Notes under the pieces: model-generated
The model's database searches: none
Told to the model about the DNA's origin: nothing
What the model saw: only the letters and a program-made list of their open reading frames with translations
In this document: in pieces, positions 9,919-18,509 of the stretch
Numbering within the stretch: position 1 is the stretch's first letter
Layout of the letters: each line of letters begins with the position of its first letter
Translations under genes and position numbers: made by a program
Assembly (NCBI GenBank): GCA_965200875.1
Contig: OZ241456.1
Location: 1,088,001-1,152,000 of the forward strand
Source: Bdellovibrionales bacterium
Lineage (GTDB): Bacteria > Bdellovibrionota > Bdellovibrionia > Bdellovibrionales > UBA1609
Direction: 5' to 3'
Length of the DNA stretch: 64,000 bases

Positions 9919-11034
9919 GTGTCTTTTTTTTACAGCACCCTTAATAGAAAAGTTTTATTGTTGGTTTTGTTGCTCTCAGGCTTGGGCTTGGTACAAATAT
10001 ACAGTGCCAGTTATATCTTTTCCATAGAAAAATATAACGATGGTCTTTTCTTTTTTAAAAAACAGGTTATTTTTTCCTTGCTGGGTCTTTTGGCCCTGTT
10101 GTCTATAGCTTCTGTTTCTTGGAAATGGGCACGATTTTTTGGAATCAGTTTATGGATTCTGTCCGTTCTGCTGATTATTGTTACTCTCATTCCCGGTATT
10201 GGAGTGACAGCAGGAGGTGCTCAAAGATGGTTGGATTTGCCTTTTGGTTTTCGTTTCCAGCCAGCAGAGCTTTTTAAAGTCAGTTCTCCCTTTGCTTTTG
10301 TGTATCTGATTGCACTTAAAGAGCAAAGTTTTTTTAATAATCGCCCTTTGTTGTTTTGGGTTTTTCCCACTTTTGCTTTTGCTTTGCCGTTGTTGGTTTT
10401 GGCTTTACAGCCTGATTTTGGTTCCATTGTTTTATTCTTTTGCCTGACTCTGAGTGTTGTTTTTGTTTTAGGACTTAAATGGAGGTATATTTTTTCAGTT
10501 TTATTGTTGGTCAGCACGGGTCTATATTTGATGGTGATTTTTACTCCTTATCGGTTGGCACGCATTAAAGCTGTGTGGGATCCTTGGTCGGATCCTTTGG
10601 AAACCGGATTTCAGGTTATTCAAAGTATGATCAGTTTTCATTCAGGAGGTATGTTTGGAGTGGGGCTTGGGCACGGCCAGGGAAAGCTTTTTTTCCTGCC
10701 GGAAGCTCATACAGATTTTACTTTAGCGGTGTTTGGTGAAGAAACCGGATTTTTGGGATTTTGTGTATTGCTCACATTATACGGTTTATTGGTGTATTAT
10801 GGAATGAAAATTGCTTTAAGAACAGAAGACCTATTGCAAAAGATTTTGGCTTTCTCATTAAGTATGGTCTTCGCTCTTTCCACTATGATTCATATTGGAG
10901 TAAACTTGGGAATACTGCCCCCTAAAGGGCTTACACTGCCTTTTATGAGTTACGGAGGAAGTGCCTTGATATGTACTTTTTTATTGTTTGGTTGGTTATT
11001 AAATATAGAAAAACACAATCATTTTGTTTATTAG
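9919..11034 (+). CDS. ftsW: SEDS peptidoglycan polymerase FtsW
   Basis: GAQRWL, FQPAELFK, QPDFGS, LPEAHTDF, KGLTLPFMSYGGS; precedes murG. Confidence 0.95.
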   Translation: MSFFYSTLNRKVLLLVLLLSGLGLVQIYSASYIFSIEKYNDGLFFFKKQVIFSLLGLLALLSIASVSWKWARFFGISLWILSVLLIIVTLIPGIGVTAGGAQRWLDLPFGFRFQPAELFKVSSPFAFVYLIALKEQSFFNNRPLLFWVFPTFAFALPLLVLALQPDFGSIVLFFCLTLSVVFVLGLKWRYIFSVLLLVSTGLYLMVIFTPYRLARIKAVWDPWSDPLETGFQVIQSMISFHSGGMFGVGLGHGQGKLFFLPEAHTDFTLAVFGEETGFLGFCVLLTLYGLLVYYGMKIALRTEDLLQKILAFSLSMVFALSTMIHIGVNLGILPPKGLTLPFMSYGGSALICTFLLFGWLLNIEKHNHFVY

Positions 11035-11079
11035 CTTATTCCAGATAAAATCATATCAATAATGTGAAAAGAGTTTGTT

Positions 11080-12195
11080 TTGTGTAATGGAAAAATATTA
11101 ATTTCAGCCGGTGGTACTGGAGGACATATTCTGCCAGCCCTTTCTCTGGCAGAAAGTTTGCAATCTGCTAATGCAGATCTGCAAATAGAATTTGTCAGTG
11201 GTTCCTCCTCTTTGGAAAAAAATATTTATTCTCAAGTCGGATTCAAAGTTCATTTTTTATCCATAGGGCGTTTACGAAAAACTGTGCATTGGAAAGAAAG
11301 ATGTATAACTTTCTTTTCTCTTCCTTTTGTTTTGTTAAAAGCTTTATGGTTGCTGATGAAAACAAAACCCTCTCTTGTTTTGGGAACAGGAGGTGCTGTC
11401 AGCGGGCCGATATTGGTTGCAGGTTTTCTGCTTTGCCGGAAAACAGTTATTTTCGAGCCTAATGCTGTGCCGGGTCTGACCAATCGTTGGCTATCCCGTT
11501 TTGTAAATGAAGTGATAGTGGTGTTTTCTGCAACAAAAAAATATTTAAAAGCAAGGAAACAAACTAAGTTTCCTTTTCCTGTTCGCTCTCAAATATGCTC
11601 AGTTTCTCTAAAAAAAGACCTGGAGAACCCTCTTAGGATATTGGTACTGGGGGGTAGTCAGGGATCATCCTTGATTAACAAAGTGGTGTCTGAGTTTATT
11701 GTTTCTTCTAAATCTGTAAAAACTAATGGTGCTGATACAAATGATCAAGCTTATTCTTTTGTTCACCAAACCGGGAAAAAGGAATTTGAACATTTAAAAA
11801 AAATATATTCTGCTTTTGATGGTGTTGAAGTGCATCCTTTTTTGTGGAAAATACATAATTTTTATAAATGGTCTGATGTTGTAATAGGGAGAGCTGGAGC
11901 AGGTTCTATAGCAGAACTCTCTGTCATTGGCCGATTGGGTATTTTGGTGCCGTTGGCTAATTCTGCTGACCAGCATCAATTAAAAAATGCTCAGGACTTA
12001 GAAAAAAAATCGGCTGTTATCCTCATTGAAGAAAAAAAATTTAATAAGCATTCTCTGACTGAAGTTTTAAGAGCACTTATGAATCATCCTCAGAGAATAA
12101 AACAAATGTCTGACTCTATTCATAAGTTGAAATTAGGTGCGTCAGCGGATAATATCGCATTTTATTTGTATAAAAATTACATTTCCAAGAAATAA
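11080..12195 (+). CDS. murG: Lipid II GlcNAc transferase
   Basis: GGTGGH, EPNAVPG, GGSQG, RAGA and HQLKNA motifs. Confidence 0.96.
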   Translation: MCNGKILISAGGTGGHILPALSLAESLQSANADLQIEFVSGSSSLEKNIYSQVGFKVHFLSIGRLRKTVHWKERCITFFSLPFVLLKALWLLMKTKPSLVLGTGGAVSGPILVAGFLLCRKTVIFEPNAVPGLTNRWLSRFVNEVIVVFSATKKYLKARKQTKFPFPVRSQICSVSLKKDLENPLRILVLGGSQGSSLINKVVSEFIVSSKSVKTNGADTNDQAYSFVHQTGKKEFEHLKKIYSAFDGVEVHPFLWKIHNFYKWSDVVIGRAGAGSIAELSVIGRLGILVPLANSADQHQLKNAQDLEKKSAVILIEEKKFNKHSLTEVLRALMNHPQRIKQMSDSIHKLKLGASADNIAFYLYKNYISKK

Positions 12196-12249
12196 TAAGT
12201 TTTTTGTGAAACACACAGGGGTTCAATATCCTGAAAATAAAGGTGGAAG

Positions 12250-13695
12250 ATGATAAAAAAAACCGGGAAGACAGAGAATTACGGGAAAGATGTCAATCTT
12301 TTCAGATCCGCGCCAAGAGGTTTTTTTACCCCAGGAGTGAGATTGCATTTTGTGGGTATTGGTGGAATAGGCATGTGTGGTCTGGCGGAGCTACTTCATT
12401 ATGCTGGCAGTTTCGTTACAGGAAGCGATCTGGTTGAAAACTTGCAAGTAAAAAGACTTAGAGGTTTGGGGATTCCTGTTTCCATTGGTCATAAAAAAGA
12501 GAATATCAGAAAGGCTGAAATATTGATTCAGTCCAGTGCTGTTCCTGAAGATAATATTGAAATTCAAGAGGGGAGAAAGTTGAAACTTCCGGTTATTAAA
12601 AGATCAGAAGCTTTGGCGGAGATTATGAGATTGAAAAGAGGACTTGTTGTAGCGGGCACACACGGAAAAACCACCACCACTCATTTGTTGTCGCAAATTT
12701 TTATTCATAATAAAAAAGATCCTGTTGTGGTCATTGGTGGACGCTCGCATTTATTTCAATCCACGGCTTTTCCGGGCAAGGGAGATTGGTTTATTGCTGA
12801 ATCGGATGAAAGCGATGGAGGATTTAAAAATTTATCTCCTGAAATAGCAGTGGTGACTAACATTGATAGAGAGCATTTGGATTACTATGGTTCTTTTGAA
12901 AAACTAAAAGCCGGGTTTTTAAGTTTTGTTTTAAAAGTTCCTTTTTATGGTTGTGTGGTTGCGTATGGAGATCAAAAGGTTTTACGCGATTTATTGTCGA
13001 ATATAGATCGAAAAGTGATTTTTTATGGTTTTAATAAAAATAACCACTTTGTATTAGAAAGAGTAAGCTTCTTAAAATATAGAGTGTTTGTAAATGGGGA
13101 AGAAATAGGCATGTTTCGTGCTCCTCTTCCTGGTTCCATGAATGCTTTAAACACTTTATCTGCTTGTGCTACAGCCATGACAATTGGTTTTTCCTTTGAA
13201 GAATGTTGCCTAAGCTTTCATAAATTTAAAGGGGTGGATCGCCGATTTCATAAAAAAGGGGAGAACAAAGGTATAGAGTTTTATGATGATTATGCTCATC
13301 ATCCCACAGAGATACGGGCAGTTCTTTCCGCTTTTCGTGAGCAATTTGGGAAGAATAAAAAGCTGGTAGTGCTTTTTCAACCTCATCGTTTTACCAGAAC
13401 AGCAGATTGTTGGACAGATTTTTTAACTTGTTTTGCAGAGGCGGATCAGGTGTTCTTGACAAATATTTATTCTGCCGGAGAGGCACAGAAGAAAGGTATT
13501 ACTTCTGAAAAATTGGCTGGAGAAATAAAACATTCTTCTTGTGTATATTGCCCGGAGGAAAATATGTTTCCCTTGCTGATGAGGACTTTAAAAGCCGGTG
13601 ATGTATTTATTACAATGGGCGCGGGTTCTGTTTATAGATATGGTGAACAATTATTGAATTTGTTTCAGGAACAGGAAACTGGAGATGACACCTGA
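12250..13695 (+). CDS. murC: UDP-N-acetylmuramate--L-alanine ligase
   Basis: HFVGIGGIGMCGLA, GTHGKTTTT, ESDESDG, DDYAHHPTEI, FQPHRFTRT. Confidence 0.97.
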   Translation: MIKKTGKTENYGKDVNLFRSAPRGFFTPGVRLHFVGIGGIGMCGLAELLHYAGSFVTGSDLVENLQVKRLRGLGIPVSIGHKKENIRKAEILIQSSAVPEDNIEIQEGRKLKLPVIKRSEALAEIMRLKRGLVVAGTHGKTTTTHLLSQIFIHNKKDPVVVIGGRSHLFQSTAFPGKGDWFIAESDESDGGFKNLSPEIAVVTNIDREHLDYYGSFEKLKAGFLSFVLKVPFYGCVVAYGDQKVLRDLLSNIDRKVIFYGFNKNNHFVLERVSFLKYRVFVNGEEIGMFRAPLPGSMNALNTLSACATAMTIGFSFEECCLSFHKFKGVDRRFHKKGENKGIEFYDDYAHHPTEIRAVLSAFREQFGKNKKLVVLFQPHRFTRTADCWTDFLTCFAEADQVFLTNIYSAGEAQKKGITSEKLAGEIKHSSCVYCPEENMFPLLMRTLKAGDVFITMGAGSVYRYGEQLLNLFQEQETGDDT

Positions 13696-13731
13696 AGTGG
13701 CGTGCTCAAAATCGAACTAAGGATAGTATAA

Positions 13732-14679
13732 ATGGAAAACGACACACAAATAAAAATAAAAATAAAAGAACCACTTTGCTCTTATCCACTTGCTAGGTTG
13801 AACAGCTGGAAGGTGGGAGGGAATGCGGATTTTTTTTGTGAACCAGAAAGTCAGGAGGAAATTTTTTATTATTTGGAATGGGCAAAAAATAAAAGCCTGC
13901 CAGTTACTTTTCTGAGTGGAGGCACGAATGTGCTCATAAGTGATCAGGGAGTGGAAGGTTTGGTTATGAGTTTACGAAAACTCAAAACCTGCTCTGTACA
14001 AAAAAGAGATGGGCGTTTATTTATCAGTGCTTTAGCTGGCGTCTCCAAAGCGGAAATTATGCAAATTTTTCTTAAGTATAAATTAGCACCTGCCTTGTTT
14101 TTATGTGGCCTTCCAGGAGATGTGGGTGGGGGTGTGGTTATGAACGCCGGTGTTGGTGTAGGTATTTTTGCAGAAATAGTTGATAACTTTCCAAGAGAGT
14201 TTAAAGATATCGTGGATTGGGTAAAAGTTATCAGAGAGGGCAAGGTTGTTTCAATTTCTAGTAAAGATCTGAAGTGGAAATATCGCTTTAGCCAAGGTTG
14301 GGCACCTGGTTTAATTTATGAAGTAGGTATGAGCTGGCCCATAGAACCTCTTTTGGATCTGCCGGCGCGGTTAAAGAAAACAGCTTTAAGAAGAACGCAG
14401 AGCCAGCCTTTAAAATTTGCCAGCTGTGGTTCTGTGTTTAAAAACCCTTTGACAGGAGAGAAGTCAGGGGCACTTATTGAGCAATGTGAATTAAAAGGAT
14501 ATGAGATAGGTCAAGCTTGTGTGTCTAAAAAGCACGCCAATTTTATTCTGAATAAGGGAGGGGCCAAAGCAATGGATATTCATATTTTGATTCAACATAT
14601 ACAAAAAACCGTACAAGATAAATATGACATTTTCCTAGAACTGGAAGTTAAATATATGGGACGATGGCTTGTGTCTTAA
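13732..14679 (+). CDS. murB: UDP-N-acetylenolpyruvoylglucosamine reductase
   Basis: GGNA, GGTNVL, GLPGDVGGGVVMNAG, GSVFKNP, KHANF, LELEV. Confidence 0.96.
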   Translation: MENDTQIKIKIKEPLCSYPLARLNSWKVGGNADFFCEPESQEEIFYYLEWAKNKSLPVTFLSGGTNVLISDQGVEGLVMSLRKLKTCSVQKRDGRLFISALAGVSKAEIMQIFLKYKLAPALFLCGLPGDVGGGVVMNAGVGVGIFAEIVDNFPREFKDIVDWVKVIREGKVVSISSKDLKWKYRFSQGWAPGLIYEVGMSWPIEPLLDLPARLKKTALRRTQSQPLKFASCGSVFKNPLTGEKSGALIEQCELKGYEIGQACVSKKHANFILNKGGAKAMDIHILIQHIQKTVQDKYDIFLELEVKYMGRWLVS

Positions 14680-14761
14680 ATTTGGATATATATTTAATGT
14701 AACATAATATCACTTATCGGGGATTCAAGCCTTTCATTTTAGGGAAACCTAAACTCTGATA

Positions 14762-15010
14762 TTAAGGATTATTTTTTGATAACCACGCTTTCATATCACC
14801 TTTTAGCTCTTTCATATCATCTTTTAGTTCTTTAAAAACCTCTTTTATTGCAGATTCTAGTTTCTCAATCTTCTTTTCTGTACCGGTGACATGATTATTC
14901 AAATCTCTTCGGATATACTTTATCTCAACAACTAAATATACCAAGACAAGTAATATAAAATATTCCAAAGGTATTGACTGGCCAAAAAGATTTATAGTGG
15001 CTGTGTTCAT
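14762..15010 (-). CDS. Small N-terminally anchored coiled-coil protein (relative of the 40870-42687 array genes)
   Basis: TM helix then heptad repeats; LNNHVTGTEKKIEKL resembles LDNHITDTNKKIDNL in the array proteins. Confidence 0.7.
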   Translation of the reverse strand: MNTATINLFGQSIPLEYFILLVLVYLVVEIKYIRRDLNNHVTGTEKKIEKLESAIKEVFKELKDDMKELKGDMKAWLSKNNP

Positions 15011-15016
15011 GTCTAT

Positions 15017-15025
15017 ATTATATCA
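15017..15025 (-). promoter_or_regulatory. Extended -10 promoter (TGATATAAT) 6 nt before ATG; putative leaderless transcript
   Basis: Minus strand reads TGTGATATAAT-ATAGAC-ATG; no SD. Confidence 0.55.
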
Positions 15026-15159
15026 CATATATAGTGCTACATAAAGCCATTTAAACAGATATAATCCCTATTTTTTGCCCTTTTGCCACCTTATTTTTTG
15101 ATAACTATGCTTTCAATCACCTTTTTTAACATTGATCGACTCGATTGATTTTATGTCAA

Positions 15160-15891
15160 TTAAAAGTCGTGAGCGATACCCATTTTTTTTAAAGCAGAAA
15201 GAGCCGCGGATTGGGTGGCTTGTTTCTTACTGGTACCAGTCCCCGTCCCCAATATTCTGTTATTCATCTGTGCTTCCATGACAAACACTTTATCATGTGG
15301 AGGACCTTTGATTTCCAGTATGCTGTAAATGGGAACTTTTTGAAATTTTTTTTGAGTAAATTCCTGAAGAAGACTTTTATAATCTCTGTTTACAGGTCCT
15401 TTTTTAATAGCTGGCCCCAACAAATATTGAATCAGTTTTTTTGACTTTTTATATCCTCCATCCATATACACTGCCCCCACCAAAGCTTCCAATACACACG
15501 CTAAAAGTCTTGGCTTAAACTGGCCTTTGTCCTGTGTCTCAGAAAAGCTTAGCAAAAGCTCTTGATCCAACTTTAAACTCAATGCCAGTTCAGCTAGGTC
15601 ATTGGTATTCACCAAGGAAGCCCGCATCTTGGAAAGCTCTCCTTCATCCGCAAAAGGATATTCCTCCATTAATAAATCACTCACACATAAATCAAAAACT
15701 GCATCACCTAAAAATTCCAGCCGTTCATTGTGAAATTCATTGCCTCTTTCCCTGGCCAAACTCTTATGGGTTAAAGCTTGAGTCTTCAGAGCTTGATTTT
15801 TAAAAAAATATCCAAGTCGATGTTCCAATGTATCACCTGAAAACTGCTTTCTGCCCTTTAAATGAAAAGATAAAAAAGTTTTTATACTCAT
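15160..15891 (-). CDS. rnc: Ribonuclease III
   Basis: NERLEFLGDAV signature, EALVGAVYMDGG, dsRBD (DYKSLLQE...GPPHDK...SKKQA). Confidence 0.97.
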   Translation of the reverse strand: MSIKTFLSFHLKGRKQFSGDTLEHRLGYFFKNQALKTQALTHKSLARERGNEFHNERLEFLGDAVFDLCVSDLLMEEYPFADEGELSKMRASLVNTNDLAELALSLKLDQELLLSFSETQDKGQFKPRLLACVLEALVGAVYMDGGYKKSKKLIQYLLGPAIKKGPVNRDYKSLLQEFTQKKFQKVPIYSILEIKGPPHDKVFVMEAQMNNRILGTGTGTSKKQATQSAALSALKKMGIAHDF

Positions 15892-15928
15892 AAAAAATCA
15901 GCTCCGGTGGATTTGAAACCATGATATT

Positions 15929-17152
15929 TCAAATGACTTTTATTTTCCTCTTTTTTAACTCAGATTGAATCCGCTCCAAATGTTTTTTTTCTCTTGTTTC
16001 AATCACCAGCTGAATTTCAGCTAATCCATGAGAAAGACGAGGAACATTTCTTTCATGGTGAACCAACAAAATATTGGCTTTCATATCTGATAAAAGCTGA
16101 GTAATTTTGTTTAAATTTCCCGGCTGATCTCTCACCACAACAGAAAGTCGCTCTAACCTCCCAATGCTTCTTAATCCCTTTTCGATTACCTGGGCAATAA
16201 TATTTAAGTCAATATTACCGCCGGAAATAATCACTCCGCATTTCTTGCCTATATTCCATTTTCCTTTTTGTTTAAGCAGAGCAGACACAGAAACCGCTCC
16301 CGCCCCTTCTACTAAAGTCTTACTTCTTTCTAATAATAAAGTGATAGCACCAGCCACTTCATCATCCGTTACACTGATCACATCATCCACATACTGCGAA
16401 ATATAATCATCAAACATTTCTCTTGTGGGATTTTTTACAGTTATTCCATCAGCCAACCCTCCGGGGCAAAAATGTTGCTCAGAAACATATTCTTTTTTAT
16501 GAAATAAAAACTCCATAGCTGGTGCCATAGCGGATACAACACCATAAACACGACAAGCCGGTTTAACTTGTTTGATTACACTGGCAATTCCGCCAATCAG
16601 TCCCCCACCTCCAATAGGCACAATAACGGAGTCCATATCAGGAACTTGTGTCAACATTTCCAAAGCAATACTGCCTTGGCCAGCAATAACAGCAGGATCT
16701 TTATATGGATGAACAAAAGTCTTGTTTTTTTCTCTGGAAAGCTGAATGGCATAAGTATAACTTTCATCATAAACTTTTCCATGCAAAATAACTTCAGCTC
16801 CATAATGACGAACAGCCTGCTCCTTTACAATGGGTGTATTTTCTGGGAGTACCAATAGCGCAGATGTTTTCACACATTGGGTGGAATAGGCCACTCCTTG
16901 AGCATGATTTCCCGCAGAACAGGAAATTACTCCTCTTTCCTTTTCCTCTGCACTCAAATTCAGCACTTTATTAAGTGCTCCCCGCACCTTAAAACTTCCC
17001 GTTCTCTGTTCATTTTCCATTTTTAAATACACCTGAGCACCCACACGGGAGCTGAGAGTACGAGAATAATTAAACATGGTTTGTTGAATCCAAGGAGAAA
17101 TTTTTTCTCTGACTTTTTTAAACTGCTCTATGGAAATAAGTGTGTTTTTCAT
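15929..17152 (-). CDS. ilvA: Threonine/serine ammonia-lyase with C-terminal ACT domain (IlvA/TdcB family)
   Basis: KMENEQRTGSFKVRGA, SAGNHAQG, PIGGGGL, SGGNID, DQPGNL (ACT). Confidence 0.9.
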   Translation of the reverse strand: MKNTLISIEQFKKVREKISPWIQQTMFNYSRTLSSRVGAQVYLKMENEQRTGSFKVRGALNKVLNLSAEEKERGVISCSAGNHAQGVAYSTQCVKTSALLVLPENTPIVKEQAVRHYGAEVILHGKVYDESYTYAIQLSREKNKTFVHPYKDPAVIAGQGSIALEMLTQVPDMDSVIVPIGGGGLIGGIASVIKQVKPACRVYGVVSAMAPAMEFLFHKKEYVSEQHFCPGGLADGITVKNPTREMFDDYISQYVDDVISVTDDEVAGAITLLLERSKTLVEGAGAVSVSALLKQKGKWNIGKKCGVIISGGNIDLNIIAQVIEKGLRSIGRLERLSVVVRDQPGNLNKITQLLSDMKANILLVHHERNVPRLSHGLAEIQLVIETREKKHLERIQSELKKRKIKVI

Positions 17153-17470
17153 AAAGGTACATAAAATATCGTGATAGTGGGGTTCCAAGGAAAGTAAAGA
17201 ATTAATTTTTTTTGATGTCCACTTTTTTAAGGTGACCCTAGGCATTGGTTTGAGTGTTTTGATAAAAATTCACTAAATGTTGTTAAATTATATACTGTAT
17301 GATTTTTTTTTGTTTCAAAATAAAACACTTTGGTTCAAATAAAGAAATTTTGATTGTATATAAAGTCTAAAGTACTGAAATTACTATGAAATTTTCTATC
17401 AGCTGGCGACATAATAAGATGAAGCATCTTTTTAGAGCTAGGTTTTTTCTTATTTTTTATATTTTCATTT

Positions 17471-17497
17471 TAATAAAGCATAATTTTTTGCCGAAAA
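17471..17497 (+). promoter_or_regulatory. Putative sigma28 (FliA)-type promoter
   Basis: TAAT-N15-GCCGAAAA upstream of the lipoprotein at 17580. Confidence 0.4.
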
Positions 17498-17579
17498 GAA
17501 AAACAGTCACTCATATTTCCCTACACCGCTTAGATGAGTTTGACGAGGAATACAAACCCTGAAATAGGGAGGTTTAATA

Positions 17580-18299
17580 ATGGCAATACGGATTTTAATT
17601 TTTTCTTCAATAATAATGTGGCTGATATCCTGTAATCAAGGTAACTATGGCCAACAGGGATCTGGTGGCAATAATCCATCAGGACAAGGGTTCGGTTTTA
17701 ACAGCCCTATTCCCGGAGGTAGTACTTCAAATACCGGTTCTACAAGCTGTAATAATAAATGGGGAGGTGTCACCTGTTTAAGTGGACAAAACCGGGATGA
17801 AAATTTTTTGGGCTATTTATCCAATGGATCAAGCAAAGACGGAATTGGAAGTATTAACTGTAACCCCAGTAATGATAGTGGTGTATTGATTAATATGACA
17901 GTAGCTCTAAATGGTCCTTTTGACCCGGCTGGCAACAATTCAAATTTAACCGTACAAATAGGTTCTTCTCAGCTGGAAATTGCAGTTTTTGATTCATGGA
18001 TCGGCGATCTCAGAGAGACGGGCAAGGGCAAGGGCAAAAACACAACAGAAATAACGCCCATCTATGCAAAATTTCAAGCTTTAAGTGGAGAAGTAGATGG
18101 CAATAGGGTTCATTTACACTTTATTTACAGAGGTAACAATGGGCAAAAAGATATTAGAATAGAAGGCACTTTTGATCCAAATATATTTAGTGGAAAGATC
18201 TCTTTTCACAATGAACAATTGTTTAATGGAAGTATGCCCGGAGCCAGTGGACCTTTAGGTAACTTTAAAATCGCTACCTGTTCTGTATTCAAGTACTAG
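17580..18299 (+). CDS. Hypothetical lipoprotein
   Basis: SD GGGAGG, signal with lipobox LISC, Gly/Asn/Ser-rich linker, beta-rich domain. Confidence 0.75.
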   Translation: MAIRILIFSSIIMWLISCNQGNYGQQGSGGNNPSGQGFGFNSPIPGGSTSNTGSTSCNNKWGGVTCLSGQNRDENFLGYLSNGSSKDGIGSINCNPSNDSGVLINMTVALNGPFDPAGNNSNLTVQIGSSQLEIAVFDSWIGDLRETGKGKGKNTTEITPIYAKFQALSGEVDGNRVHLHFIYRGNNGQKDIRIEGTFDPNIFSGKISFHNEQLFNGSMPGASGPLGNFKIATCSVFKY

Positions 18300-18452
18300 T
18301 AGTTGCTGAAGTCGGGAAAAAAGTATGTTATTTTGATTGGATTCCCGTTTTCACGGGACTGAAAGCCAAAAACTTGTCTTTTAGTTTCCAAGGGAATGCA
18401 TATAAAAATAAGCATGATAATTAAAACACTAAGGATTTTTCACGAAGAAGTA
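18300..18452. mobile_element. MITE/REP-like element, diverged copy carrying a nested ~30-bp hairpin
   Basis: GAAAAAAGTATGTTATTTTGATTGGATTCCCGTTTTCACGGG...GATAATTAAAACACTAAGGATTTTTCACG aligns to copy A; insert GACTGAAAGCCAAAAACTTGTCTTTTAGT. Confidence 0.7.
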
Positions 18453-18509
18453 GTTATTATTGCAAAGTCTATGTCTTTAGACAGTTTATACTGTGTTGCA
18501 CTCTTTCGA

